Part shown: piece after piece, positions 25,060-38,790 of the stretch | Numbering within the stretch: the first letter of the stretch is position 1 | Layout: every line of letters begins with the position of its first letter | NCBI RefSeq assembly: GCF_001194135.2 | Contig: NC_068989.1 | Coordinates: forward strand, 18,182,965-18,233,853 | DNA: 50,889 nucleotides | DNA from: Octopus bimaculoides | Taxonomy: Eukaryota | Direction: 5' to 3' | Made by a program: the position numbers and the translations under genes | The notes under the pieces: model-generated | The model's database searches: none | Told to the model about the DNA's origin: nothing | The model's input: only the letters and a program-made list of their open reading frames with translations

Positions 25060-25199
25060 GTAAGTAATATTTGTATTTGTAAGTTATTTTGTAGAGTAGC
25101 TTGATCTTTCTTAAGAAAATATTTATGTGTGCATGTATGCATATACACACACTACACATACATAAATGTATTATACATATATATATATATACATATTTC

Positions 25200-26560
25200 A
25201 ACCGTGTCCTTGCCCCACTAGTGGTTCCCCTCCGACATCCATGATACTTACTATTACTATGCTCTCTGTCTGTTTAACTCTTTTTCCTTCCCTTCTGGCC
25301 CCTCTAAATTTTTGTTCACTCTTGATATCAAAAGTTTATATACGGTGATCCCACACAATGAAGGACTTCTTCCACTCAAACACTTTCTAGAGCTTTGGCC
25401 TGACCCTCAACCTGACATCTCTACACTTCTTCATCTGGCCAAACTTGTTCTCTCTCTCTCAGCTGCTTCTCATTCGCAGGCGATTTTTACCAACAGATCT
25501 CAGGTGTGGCTATGGGAATGAAAATGGGCCCAAACTATGCAAACTGTATTGACATGACCTCACTCTCCTGCGAACAACTAGACTCCTTTCCCTTTTTTGT
25601 CCAATCCTTCCATCCTGCCCTCGAATTCTCCTGCACTACCTCTAACTCTTCCATCAAATTTCTCAACATTTCTGCCAGCATACACCACTCCCCTCTCACT
25701 ACCTCTATCCACAACAAATACACTGACCCACACTCCTACCTTAACTTCTCCTCCTCCCACCCTACCCATACCAAAATCTCCATCCCCTACTCCCAATTCT
25801 TCCATCTACACAGGCTCTGCAGTGACAACCATGACTTCGAGACCCAGTCTCAACTCATGGCTCACCATTTCCTCCTACGAGGATATCCCCTCACCACTAT
25901 CCACACTGCCCTTGCCAGGGCACGATCTGTGGACTGTGCCTCTGCTCTTTCTCCTCGCATCCACCCTGCTGTTGCCCATCTCCTGTTCTCCTCACCTACC
26001 ACCCTTCCACTCTGCCCCTCCAACGCACCATTCTCTGAGCCTTCCAGCGACTCCTGTCTGACCCCTCCACCTCGCACATCTTTCCCAATCTACTCCTTCC
26101 CTCCTTCAAATGAGCCCATAACCTGCATGACACTCCTGGCCCACAGTTTCTTCCTTAATCCCACCTCTCAGCCTGGCTTGTTCCCCTGCTCTCACCCACA
26201 ATGTCGCACCTACCCCTACCTCCCCAATATCACAATCCTCACAGGCACCCGTCATCATCCCTATCACATCACCAACTCCTTTACTTGCACTTCTAGTAAT
26301 GTCATTTACTGCATCTCCTGCTCTTTCTATCCTTCCCTGAACATTGGTCAAACGGAATGCCACTTAGCTGACTAGTTCAAGAAGCACCTCCAAGACATCA
26401 GACTAGGCAATGACACCCTGATCTCACACCATTTCTGCTCTACTGCTCATTTTCTACATTTGTCTATGATCGGACTGTTTTTGTGCAGGGGCCATCCGGA
26501 CTCCTGCCTTCACTGTGAACAGGAACTAATCTTTACTCCTTTGCACCACATGGGCTCAAC
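25200..26560 (+). mobile_element. Decayed Penelope-like element: RT, thumb and GIY-YIG endonuclease
   Basis: FTLDIKSLYTVIPH; QQISGVAMGMKMGPNYAN; HSYLNFSSSHPTHTKISIPYSQFFHLHRLCS; FTCTSSNVIYCISC...NIGQT (GIY-YIG). Contains frameshifts. Confidence 0.92.
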
Positions 26561-27179
26561 TCACCTCCTCTCTTCATCTGATACCAACCTCACCTCCTCT
26601 CTTCATTTGACACCAAACCCACACAACACTACACACACACTAGCACTGACCACTTCTCAGCACCCACACCATACACCGTCATTCACACACCCACACAGAA
26701 TCTTCAATTGTATCACTACATATACACCACTGTATGAGCAACCACACACACTGTTTAACTCAGTACACACACCATCATGCACACTCCCACACCCACACAA
26801 GCACATAATACCTGAACACAGACAATATATACATACACATGCAATATGCATTAACACATGCAAAATACATAGACAAAGATAACTTTCACCAACATACATA
26901 CACCATACACAAGCACATTCTTTGGTCACAGACACACACGTGCACACACCACATGAAAAAGTTCACATCAACTGCTACATACAACACATGCACACATTGC
27001 ACACACATCAGTCACATCAATCACTTGCTCTTATTCACGCATACACACACCATTCTCCCATACACACACATGCACATGCACCTTTTCTTGTTGGGATCAC
27101 TAGCACTATTATTATCCCCCTTTCATTCAACCTCTTTTTTTATTATTATCTCCCTTTCTTTCAACCTCTTTTTTTTTTC

Positions 27180-27367
27180 AAATCATTCACCATGCTGAAC
27201 CACTGAACTCCACATGTTTTTTTCATTTTCTCTGTTTATTTTCTCTTATTCTTTTCTGTTGAAGAGTGTAGGCTTAAAACATAAAACACTTTTTCATTTT
27301 TCCTGAGTTTATACACCTGCTTGTTGTTCATACACCTGTCTTTGCCTTATGTTTTTCTATAAATTTC

Positions 27368-27372
<5 letters not shown>
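27180..27372 (+). mobile_element. Probable Penelope 3' terminal (pLTR-like) sequence with a hammerhead relic at 27256-27283
   Basis: Lies downstream of the PLE ORF. Contains CTGTTGAAGAGTGTAGGCTTAAAACAT and ends in (TA)n. Confidence 0.5.
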
Positions 27373-27403
<31 letters not shown>

Positions 27404-28629
27404 CCCCTTTGGTCATGACTGATCATGGGATTACACCCACAAAGTTATCCTCCAAGGCACACGTCTAGGCAATGTTGTTTATGGAAGACCAACAGTCAGC
27501 CATGCATACCAGCCTCCCCTCTCCATGCCTCTAACATTATCCAAAGGAAAGGCAATTAAGATTGGTTTAAACTTTTTAATCTTGTCCAAAACCAAAGTAA
27601 AAAAATATGAACAATTATATGGATGAAAATTCTATATTGCCCATGGGTGGATTTCACTAATATATTTTTGTAGGTGTGTGAATCCTTGTATTTCTCAATA
27701 CAATGAAGTTACCAAAAATAACACATCAATATTACCCCTGAATAATGCTTTGGTCAACAGCTCACTATAACACTTCTATTACAGTCTCAAGGTTTGTTTA
27801 GTGAAATTGTGTAAGAGAAAGAGAAGTGATGCAGAAATAAATTTGGACTTTAAAAAAACGATTTGGGAATAGAATGAGAGATTGTGAACTTTGGCATCCA
27901 ACCTTAAATTCTAGACAAGAAATCATCACTTATGGTTTAATGCATCTATTCATGTTACAAAAAGTATTATCACAAATAAAAACAAAAGGAAAAATTCATG
28001 GTATAATCTCTTTCTACCAACGAGAACCTAACCCTAAATTATGATATACTCCAAGACAACTTATATCAACAACAGGGACACATTCTGCTCATATCATTTA
28101 TTCATTTGTCATGCTCCCACTCATCGTAAGTCTATGAGGTGATACCAAAGAAAACATTCTGGTTCATTTTTTTGACATACACACAGACATCAGCACGCGC
28201 GCACACACACACCAACTAGATTATGTAATTGGTGAGAAAGCTATAAGAGTACAGCTCAATGTCTGCTATCACTAAACTTATTAAGAATAGTTAGTGGGGG
28301 AGAATGTAGAATGAGGTGATGTGGTTGGTGATGGTGGTGGGAGAGGGGGGGTCTGCAGTAAAAGAAAAAGTGACAACTTCTAAGGAACCTAAAATGGGAT
28401 TAGGTTGAAAATGGTTGGGCACACCCAACTACTTGTTCCTGTGGGAGGAGGATGATTGTATGCAAATGAACCCTGCTAAGTAGGGGGGATAGGGAGAAAA
28501 GTGAAGTGGAGTGCAGTCACATCACCCTCATTCTACTGGTGTGTTGCAAGTTTATTGATTATCATCAACAATAAATAAATAAATAATAATAATAGTAATA
28601 ATAATAATAATAAATTGGAAGTATTATCA

Positions 28630-28990
28630 TGTACATTGTTTTGTCTTTGTATAAAAGATGGGCTACAGCAAATATTCTGCTCAATACCACAGATTTGCTT
28701 GTCAGTTGCTTGACCTTAACCAGTTGAGCATGTCCCTTGGTGGCTGACGATATGTGCATCTCTGATCATGAGCAGAAGTAGTGGGGGAGCATCATAGCCA
28801 TGTGTTGAGAGGAATTCTTTGGGGTTTGGATAATTCACCTTTGGAAACATGGGTATTTCATTCAACATCCTTAACCCTTATTCAGGGACCTTTTGAGTGA
28901 GATGGACTACTCGACCTGAAGAAAATTCTAACTGGGCCACACCTGCAAGGTCATATACTGTTTACCTTGATATAAGATCAGTATGTCACG
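28630..28990 (-). repeat. Interspersed repeat of unresolved class
   Basis: 28660-28715 matches, in reverse, the fragment at 33585-33630. Confidence 0.5.
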
Positions 28991-29142
28991 TATATATGGT
29001 TGTGATGCATGTGCCTGGTGTACCCTTATCAAACAAGTAGTCATGAGGGATATTCTGGGCTTCATATATTTTACCCGTTTCACTTTGATGGCATGCACTG
29101 CTCTCCCAATAATAATAATAATAATGATAATAATAATAATAG

Positions 29143-29352
29143 TTCCAGATTTTGGTACAAGGCCAGCAATTTCAGGAGATGGGGTAAGTCAATGACATCG
29201 ACTCCAGTTTTCCACTGGTACTTATTTCATCAACCCCAGACAGATGAAAGGCAACGTTGACCTCAGCAGGATTTGAACTCAGAACATAAAGCCAAATGAA
29301 ATGCTGCAAAGCATTTTGTCCCATGCAGTAACAATTCTCTCAACTCAATGCT

Positions 29353-29389
<37 letters not shown>

Positions 29390-30231
29390 TAATAATAATA
29401 AATTCTTTTATTGGCCACAAGGGATTACATAAAGTTACATGAAGAGACAAAAAACAGGATGATACAAATGGATTTTAAAAGCATGTGAACAAAAAATAAC
29501 ATAGAAAATTAAACAAATAAAACTCCCAATGGAGGAGGCAGTTTAAAGCTACTCATGGAAAAACCCACAAAAGCCATGGGTGCCTGACCAACAGGACAAG
29601 AGCCCTTCTTTTATTTTCCACAGGCGCATGCTCAAAATCAGTCCTTTCACACTGGCCATTTTTTCAACATTCACCCACCTTTCAACAAATTTGCTAGAAG
29701 GCAACACTTCCCTCTCCACCCACACTTTTCAAGTGAAACTTGTAAAAGTTTATGAGGGCTTAATAATGATGATGATGATTTCAAATTTTGGCACAAGGCC
29801 AGCATGATCAGGAAGGGGATAAGTCAATTACATGGACCCCAGTACTTGACTGGTACGTAATTTATCAACACCCAGAAGGATGAAAGGTAAAGTCGACCTC
29901 AGCAGAATTTGAACTCAGAACATAGCAATAGATGAAATACTGCTAAACATTTCACCCGGTGTGCAAACAATTCTGCCAATTCACCACCTTGAATAATAAT
30001 GATAATAATAAGGATAATCCTGTCTACTATAAGGACAAGGCCTGAAATGTGGGTAAGGGGATAGTTGATTTCATCGACCCCAGTGTTTCACTGGTACTTA
30101 ATTTATCAACCCTGAAAGGATGAAAGGTAAAGTTGACCTCGGCAGAATTTGAACTCAGAACGTAAATATGAGTGAAATACTGCTAAGCATTTTATCCAGT
30201 GTGCAAATGACTCTGTCAGTTCGCCACCTTA
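29143..30231 (-). mobile_element. Three SINE C copies in (TAA)n
   Basis: Copies at ~29143-29355, 29778-29991 and 30012-30231. Confidence 0.85.
29400..29762 (-). mobile_element. 3' end of an L1/Tx1-like LINE
   Basis: Minus strand reads ALINFYKFHLK, homologous to VLIDFFKFHLKGK at 37995-38213. Ends with AATAAA. Confidence 0.6.
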
Positions 30232-30255
30232 ATAATAATAATAATAATAATAATA

Positions 30256-31480
30256 GCAGGAAGAATGGAATACTGCTGAAGAGTACATGTCATGAAAACA
30301 GAGCTCAACTCAAAGAATATCTGCTATAAACCTTCTTGCAATCCCACTTACAGTTGCAAAATCATAAATTGGAACATTAGTGAAGTAAAGAAAATGGACA
30401 CCAAAATCAGATAACTTCTGACCTGTAATAAGCTATATCACCTAAAAGCAAAACTGAATCACCCCCTATCTACCTTGTTGAAATGGAGGTAGAGAAATTA
30501 TCAAGCTTGAGCAGTTATGCAAAAAAAATATCAACCATTGGACTCAAACAATACCTTAAAACTGCAGACAACCAGATGCTGAAAATGGTTGTAGAACATG
30601 AAAGGAAGAAAAAAAATTACATTCAGTTATGAAGGAAAATGGGAATTATACAGAAGAATTAGGAATACATGATGAAAATTTTGGTTATACTGCAATAAGA
30701 CTGCAAATAACGCATGTTGGCAAAAGCTGAAGATCAGTGGAAACTGTGCACTAAACTGGAACAAGAACCACTGCACAGGTCGTATGTCCTCTGTAGCAAA
30801 GAACTTTACATAGATGAAACTTTCATCCATCAGTGGCTGGAGAGTTCTGGACTAATAGCAGAAAGTGAGGACTTCATTTTGGCTGTTCAAGATCAATGTC
30901 TTTCAATGCACAACTTTCAAGCTGATGCAATCAGAAAAAGAATTGACCCAAAGTTTCGATTTTGCAATGAGCAGATTATGACCATTGACTGTTTTGTTTA
31001 AGGCTGCAAATTATTGGCTCCCCAGGAGTATAAAACTAGGTATCATAGAGTAGGGCAGATCTTACAGCATAAAGATAAGGGGAAAAATGGTGCAGGAGAT
31101 GAAAATGTGACAAACCTTTGGAATTTTCTTTCCAAAAGGATCAAGGCCAATAGACCTGATATAAACTGTGAAGGACAGTAAAAAGAAAACATGCCTGTTA
31201 ATCAACATGAGTGTATCATCTGATCAAAATGTCTCTAGGAAAGAATTTCAAAAACTCAGTAAATAAATATCTAATAAATGAAATTGAACAAATGTAGCAT
31301 CTTAATGCCTGTACAATACCAATGGTAGTTGGTGCACTTGGAATGATTAAAAAGGGGAACAGAAAAGTATTTGACCCAGATACGTGGAAAGTCAACCATG
31401 CAAGAAGAGATACAGAAGTTAGTGGTGACTGGCACTGTACATGTCTTGAAAAAGGCATTATTAATTGAAATATCTTGCTA
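30256..31480 (+). mobile_element. 5'-truncated, decayed R4/Dong-clade non-LTR retrotransposon (RT end, zinc knuckle, restriction-like endonuclease)
   Basis: IINWNISEVKKMDTKIR..., YLP..NGGR, WLESSGLIAESEDFILAVQDQ, RIKANRPDI, TCLLINMSV and TIPMVVGALGMI. Abuts (AAT)n. Confidence 0.85.
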
Positions 31481-32294
31481 AGACATTTACTATTTTGTTT
31501 ATGCCCTTGTGTGAACAATTGTAAGCCAATCGATTGTTAAATGTGCATATTACCAAATTTTGCCTTAGATATCAGGGTGACAAACAGCAAGATACCTTGC
31601 TAGAAGCCAGTCTTCTAGTTTACATACTCAAAGGTACCCATGAGAATCTTTGATGTTGGATTGGACAATAAATCTTCCATGTCTTCTAAACAGTTGTGCA
31701 TGAGCTGGTCATAGATTACTAGCATGGTTTTTAAACAAAATTAGGGAACGTCTCTTCTTAAATCAATACTTTACTAATCCCTCCTTCTTCATTCAATTCA
31801 TTCAGTAGTTCTGACAGTTCTTTGCTCTTATTTGAACAACTGTGATTTGAAAATTCTGACAAAATGGTTGAGGCATGCTCTTTTTTGTATGGGAATATTT
31901 TTTAATGATTATTCATCTTTCTCTCTGTCTCCAGTAGTATGAAACTCCTGCTCCTTTTCCATCACTTTTTCATTGCTACTTGACAATGAGGCACACCACT
32001 ACTAGTATTGATTGGAAGAGGGATTCTTTGGTTTCCGGATAATCTTTAGTTCAGATGCAAACAGGAGTATCCTGTGAGCATCAGCACCCATGTCCAGCTC
32101 TTACTGTTACTCTCAATGCTGTTCTTTCCCTTTTAACTTCTCCAGTTCCTCTTTACAGAAAGCTCTTAAATGATCTTTACTGCTGCATGTATAGCAGCTG
32201 GACTTTATGCCTGCATGGCCAGTCTTAAAAACATTTCTCTCCACCTCCATCCTCTATTATGAGGCACCCTAGAATCATTTTATGATTTTCAAGG

Positions 32295-32550
32295 GTCGGC
32301 ACTTGTGCCGGTGGCACGTAAAATACACCATATTGAGCGTGGCCATTGCCAGTACCACCTGACTGGCCTTCATGCTGGTGGCACGTAAAAGCACCCTACA
32401 CTCTCGGAGTGGTTGGCGTTAGAAAGGGCATCCAGCTGTAGAAACTCTGCCAAATCAGATTGGAGCCTGTTGTAGCTATCTGGTTCCACCAGTCCTCAGT
32501 CAAATCGCCCAACCCATGCTAGCATGGAAAGTGGACGTTAAACGATGATG
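32295..32550 (+). mobile_element. Repeat module D (V-domain-like SINE portion) with (GAT)n tail
   Basis: Near-identical to 19033-19185. Confidence 0.75.
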
Positions 32551-33545
32551 ATGATGATGATGATGATGAATGCTCATAAAGACACCATCTGACTACATTT
32601 TAGCAAATGTCACATCAGCCCCAATCACCTACTCATATTGTTCACCCAAAGTTACAATGATCGCACTGACCAGTACTATCTAATGATGTCACCTAAAAAA
32701 AACCACACTAACCAGAACAGTCAATTGATGACAGCTTGGTAAACCACCGACACCACTCATGGACCACACAATCAACAATATAGACTACAAACCACTTCTG
32801 AAGTATATTTTAAGTATCTTTAATTCAAAATGTATATATATATATATNNNNNNNNNNNNNNNNNNNNNNNNNNNNNNNNNNNNNNNNNNNNNNNNNNNNN
32901 NNNNNNNNNNNNNNNNNNNNNNNNNNNNNNNNNNNNNNNNNNNNNNNNNNNNNNNNNNNNNNNNNNNNNNNNNNNNNNNNNNNNNNNNNNNNNNNNNNNN
33001 NNNNNNNNNNNNNNNNNNNNNNNNNNNNNNNNNNNNNNNNNNNNNNNNNNNNNNNNNNNNNNNNNNNNNNNNNNNNNNNNNNNNNNNNNNNNNNNNNNNN
33101 NNNNNNNNNNNNNNNNNNNNNNNNNNNNNNNNNNNNNNNNNNNNNNNNNNNNNNNNNNNNNNNNNNNNNNNNNNNNNNNNNNNNNNNNNNNNNNNNNNNN
33201 NNNNNNNNNNNNNNNNNNNNNNNNNNNNNNNNNNNNNNNNNNNNNNNNNNNNNNNNNNNNNNNNNNNNNNNNNNNNNNNNNNNNNNNNNNNNNNNNNNNN
33301 NNNNNNNNNNNNNNNNNNNNNNNNNNNNNNNNNNNNNNNNNNNNNNNNNNNNNNNNNNNNNNNNNNNNNNNNNNNNNNNNNNNNNNNNNNNNNNNNNNNN
33401 NNNNNNNNNNNNNNNNNNNNNNNNNNNNNNNNNNNNNNNNNNNNNNNNNNNNNNNNNNNNNNNNNNNNNNNNNNNNNNNNNATATTGAAGATAAATATGT
33501 TCATTTGAATTTATACGTTTTTGCGTCGTAACTCCTTTATTATTA

Positions 33546-33587
<42 letters not shown>

Positions 33588-34608
33588 CAACTGAGTAGCA
33601 AGTCTGTGATATTGAGCAGAGTATTTGCTATAACGATATTTCTGCTTCAGCAACTCAGTGCTGAATCTGTCTGAAAAGTAGTGGAAAATAGGTAAGTTTT
33701 GAAACCGTGATGTCCAAGTCAAAGTAAAGTTTGAAGTGAATAGTAGTCGTTGGTGGTTATGCTGAGAGGTTATATCATTGTATAATACTTCATTCCTCAG
33801 TATATATAAGCTATACCTGTTATGTGGCTTACATTAATTATTTAATGACTGTTACTTTTAAGAAACATTTAAAAGAATTTTTTTAATTGTCTAATGAAAA
33901 ATTCTCCAAGAAAGGGGAAAGAAATGTTAAACTTTCTTCTGCCTGTCAGCTATTTGCAATGAGGGGATGACAACAAAACCATAGCAATGGAGTGCCACCC
34001 TGTTGGCTGATCATAGTTATATAAAACATCACAGCCAGAAATATGAGTTTTATATCCAGGTAGTGATTCTCTCGGTTAACACCCAAACAACTAAACAGTT
34101 GAATGTGAAACAAGATAAAGTTGAAATACAGCATTTTTCATAATGCAGTTTGGTTTCATATTTTATTCTAGTATATTGTCACAATATTATATTTATTTGT
34201 ATAGGATCATACAATTTTCCTTTATGAAAACACTTTAAAATACCTTTCACTATGTGTATGATGAATCATACTTAATTTGATTTTTTTTCTCCATAAAATA
34301 CCTTTGTAATATAGGAGTGTGTCTTATGTATCTGCAAATAAATATGGCACTTACATGCCAACAATTCCTTAGATATCATAAACAAGCTATGAACTAAAAT
34401 TGATTTATTAGTAGGAAATATCACATGTTATATAACGTCTGTCAAAGTCTTTAACAACATAAATACAACTAAGAACTGAAACTATATCACAATCTTGGTT
34501 GTTTTACATAGAGCTTGCCATGTCAAAATAACGACAGAGCGGTGATGGTAAGCATACCCAGGGACATGAAAAACAAATGATAAAATTAAACTTAAAGTGA
34601 GGAGAATC

Positions 34609-34989
34609 GTTGGCACTCCGTCGCTTACAACGTCGAGGGTTCCAGTTGATCTGATCAACGGAACAGCCTGCTCATGAAATTAACATGCAAGTGGCTGAGC
34701 ATTCCATAGACACTTGTACCCTTAACATAGTTCTTGGGGATATTCAGCGTGACACAGTGTGACAAGGCTGGCCCTTTGAATTACAGGCACAACAGAAACA
34801 GGAAGTAAGAGTGAGAGAAAGTTGTGGTGGAAGAGTACAGCAGGGTTCACCACCATCCCCTGCCGGAGCCTTGTGGTGCTTTAGGTGTTTTTGCTCAATA
34901 AACACTCGCAACACCCGGTCTGGGAATCGAAACCACGATCCTATGACTGCAAGTCCGCTGCCCTAACCACTGGGCCATTGCGCTTCCAC
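34609..34989 (-). mobile_element. tRNA-SINE family H
   Basis: Reverse-complement match to 10410-10791. Confidence 0.9.
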
Positions 34990-35767
34990 AGGACATTATT
35001 AGACATCATTAAACCACATTTTTATGACACTAGTCATTATTAAACCACTTTTTTGATGACAATCACTTAACTATGAAGTTGATATATATTTTTTTATGAA
35101 TCTGAAGTAGAAGGATAGTATCCATAGTCTTTTATTGCTATTTTTTACTCCAGAATCTTGAGGAAAACTATTTTAGTTGATGTATAATTTGAGTAGTGTT
35201 ATGTTAATTGCTGGAGGGCAAACTTAGCAATGATAAATGTCTAAAAAAGTGTAGTTCTGGGGAGAAATAGGTTTGGATCAGATTTAAATGAGAATGGCAC
35301 TTATTTAATAGTTTGAAGATGTGACACCATTGCAGTAATAGCATGGGAATCAGTAAAAGAACTGTAAGACAAGAGCCTCTAGTTTCCACTTTGTAAAACA
35401 GCTTATGTTTTTCCTTTTTCCTAATTAATGTCTATCTTTAGTCAGACAGACCAATGTAAGTACAATAACTATTAAGTTACTAATTTAGCCTGTGAAATCA
35501 TTTAAACCATTTTCAAGCTGACCACTCACTGGTCATTTTCTCACCAAACGTTTCATTGCTATCGCAAGCAGTTTCAGCTGCTTTACATCCCTTTTTGAAA
35601 TTGAATATAGGGGGAGGTAAGGAGTTGGTGAGAGAGAAAAAGAGATTCTGCTGAATAGGATATGGCAGATATGATTCCTAAATGATCTGGTATTTATTCC
35701 TGAACTTGGATAATATTAAATTAGTTATTGCCTAAATAACTAATAAAATAATAACAAAAGATTTGAA

Positions 35768-36178
35768 CTCTTTTACTCTTTTACTTGTTTCAGTCTTTTG
35801 ACTGCGGCCATGCTGGAGCACCGCCTTTAGTCGAGCAAATCGACTGCAGGACTTATTCTTTGGAAGTCTAGTACTTATTCTATCGGTCTCTTTTGCCGAA
35901 CCGCCAAGTTACGGGGACATAAACACACCAGCATCGGTTGTCAAGCGATGTTGGGGGGACAAACACAGACATACAAACACATACACACATAGATATATAT
36001 ATATACATATATACGACAGGCTTCTTTCAGTTTCCATCTACCAAATCCACTCACAAGGCTTTGGTCGGCCTGAGGCTATAGTAAAAGACACTTGCCCAAG
36101 ATGCCATGCAGTGGGACTGAACCCGGGACCATGTGGTTGGTAAGCAATCTACTTACCACACAGCCACTCCTACGCCTA
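35768..36178 (-). mobile_element. Full composite SINE (A head/CORE + microsatellite + B tail)
   Basis: Matches 14068-14364 and 50706-50872. Confidence 0.9.
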
Positions 36179-37729
36179 TGATAACTTTTCAGTATTATAT
36201 AATTCATAACTTTTCAGTATTACATAATTCATTGATTATTTTATACTCTATGGTGGGCATGATTTTGTATAGTCAAGAATTAAGAATATCCAATCTTTTA
36301 AATATAGCTATAGATGTGATCGTTATAATATTTTACCATATCTTGTAGATGCTAGCATTTGTGGGGTTGATCAGCCTTACATCTCACCACCACTCATTCA
36401 TTCTTTAAGTGCCAACATTCCAACATCAAACCACAACACTTCAGTGTTTTCCTCTACTATAGATAGGTACTTCCCATCGTCAGTATGCAACTCTCTTTAC
36501 CAACATGCTAACCAATGCTTTGTGAGTGAATTTGATAGACAGAAGTTATGAAGTCTGTATTATATGTGTGTCTGTGTACATCCTATGTGTTTTGCATGGA
36601 AAAGCCCTGATCTACAAGTGTTGAAGTATATTGTCATTTCTCTGTCAACAAACTGTTCACTGGCACCTTGCTCTTAAAGATGTTTGGTATAAAAGATCCC
36701 TTATTTGAAAACCAAATCAGGTTTAATAACAGAAAAAGTATCCAGTTAATTCATGCTAGCATACAAAAAACAGATGTAAAAATGAAAGAATGTATGAGTA
36801 TTATATGTCCATATCAACACAAGCATCTCCCTGCATGCATCAACTGATGCTCTTAATTCCAAACACTTTCAGCTTACTTGCATGCTATCTTTCATGCTGG
36901 CTAATATTATACAGCTAATGATGTCTCATTTCTCTTCACAACATATCTTCAGTCAGTCCTTATGTTACACCTCTATGCAGCTTCATACTTTTTTACAGCA
37001 GAACCCTCTACCATAGAAAAAAATTACAATATCATTTTTGGTTGTGAACCAAAGATAGCTGGTGGTGGTAGTGGGGAGATGATGTTTCTTTCTTTTTTTT
37101 AATGAAATAACATTAGTTTTAGTTCTGTTTAGTGTGTAATATAGACACACACACATGTAATGCACCACACACATACACAAATATACATATACACACGCAA
37201 GTATTTGCATATATATAGTCATCCATGCATTTAGCTATATAATTAAATACTGAAGTATTAATCGTAATAAGATAGAACTTCACATAGCATGGAAATAGAC
37301 ATTAAATGTCTAAATTACAAACAGACATTTTCAGCTTTCTGAATACTTTTCAAAATAAATTTTGCAACACAGTAATGGCTGGCGCCTAATCTACTAAAAG
37401 TAAGATGTAAGAGGAACACAAGCACTTCTTTCTTCCACCCTTCATTATCATTTTTAAATTGGTTTGCCTCCCTTTTTTTCCTCATTACAATTCTGTTGAA
37501 TTGAAAGGCTGAATTCACCCTGCTTTGATTGCAACTAAAAACTGTAACAAATGAGTTAACATAAAACATTTACCCTGGATCTCTGTCTACATTGTTCAAA
37601 TACTGATGTTGGTATAGGCGGTGGTAACAACAGCTTATTGCATTTTCCACAAAACATTACAAAGTCACATTAGAAAAACAGTTAGGGTCTATGAAGAATG
37701 AATTGTGATAAAAACAGAAAAAAAAAATG

Positions 37730-38790
37730 ATTTCTTTTATTTACAACAGGGTCTCCAATGAGAGGGTACTACAAGGACCACTTATAATTTGTGTGGGAGT
37801 TTACATAAAAATGGTGATAATATACAAAATAGATGAATACTTGTATGATGCCTTGATACAGGAGGGCATCCAGCTAGAGCTGATCAAGGAACCACACAGA
37901 TCCAGGACCACCTGGACCACTAAGGGCATGAACCTTCATCCAACTGTTTTTCTCCTAGTTACAGGTGCATATGTAGAGTAACTCTTATGAAAAATCAAAA
38001 AGTTTCTGGAGGAGAGCACTTCACTCTTATTTTCCCTTTCAAGTGGAACTTGAAAAAGTCAATGAGGACTTGACTGAAGAGAAAAGTGTCTACCCTTAAT
38101 CCTTTCAGCTTTGTCCACCACATAAACTCTTTCATTGAAGACACCAGCCACCAGAAGAAAACAGCCCTGCCCAGCCTTATTAAAGGAGAGTGGTGGTGGG
38201 GCAATCTTGACAATGGACTCAGCCAGTAACCAGATCCATCCTACATGTGCAGCAGCTGTTTGACATAACTCTATAAGTCAGTAATACTTAGACACTGCAC
38301 AAGTGCATGTTGCATGGTTTCTTCACTCTTCGCACTTATCTGACAGTCTTACTTGGCAGCTCTTCTGTACCTGTAGTATTTATCTCGAACTGCCAATGCC
38401 TCTGGTAATACTTTCAAACCAAGAATTTCTGGAAGTTATCCATTGCAGTTCTTGGTTCAAAAGTTCTCCAGAATAGACCAGCCAGTTTATCCTCCCCAAT
38501 ACTTAGTCTCACCAAGAATGTAATTGCTCTAACCCAGCACAAAGTTCTCTATATATTGCTAAAGTGGAAATTTCATCAACCACATTGCCCAAATAACTGA
38601 ATGCAATGCGTGCCTGATAACATTCCAGGTGCCAGGCACCCAATTTTCATCTTTTCTTGACCCAGGAGTGCAGCTCAAAGAGACGAGCTGCAGGAAGTGT
38701 GCCTTACAAACAGGGGCCATCCCAGCTCACCATTCAGGAAACTCTGTGGATAGCATAGCCTTATCACATGTCTGTATCTCAGCAATTGGA
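37730..38790 (-). mobile_element. Decayed L1/Tx1-like LINE 3' portion (ORF2 zinc knuckle + 3' UTR)
   Basis: Minus strand reads ALAVRDK...DC...EETMQHALVQC...SYVKQLL and VLIDFFKFHLKGK. AATAAA at the 3' end near 37740. Confidence 0.75.

Noticed and set aside
30256-31480. Dong/R4 element as the mobilising partner of SINE C
   Set aside because: SINE C sits in (TTA)n on its sense strand while the Dong element abuts (TAA)n on its sense strand, and no shared 3' tail was seen.
33649-33696. CAG...TAG|GTAAGT exon-like segment
   Set aside because: Stops in all three frames. Could only be a UTR exon, and there is no support.
37571-37660. Minus-strand MFCGKCNKLLLPPPIP... with a GTAAAT donor
   Set aside because: Short, a single CxxC, no recognisable family, and donor-like sites are at chance frequency.
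37727-37981. Plus-strand ORF with a strong-looking acceptor at 37750 (could add RSPMRGYYKDHL* to the 24964 exon)
   Set aside because: It is the antisense of the L1/Tx1 3' UTR; the pyrimidine tract is the reverse of the AATAAA/A-rich end.
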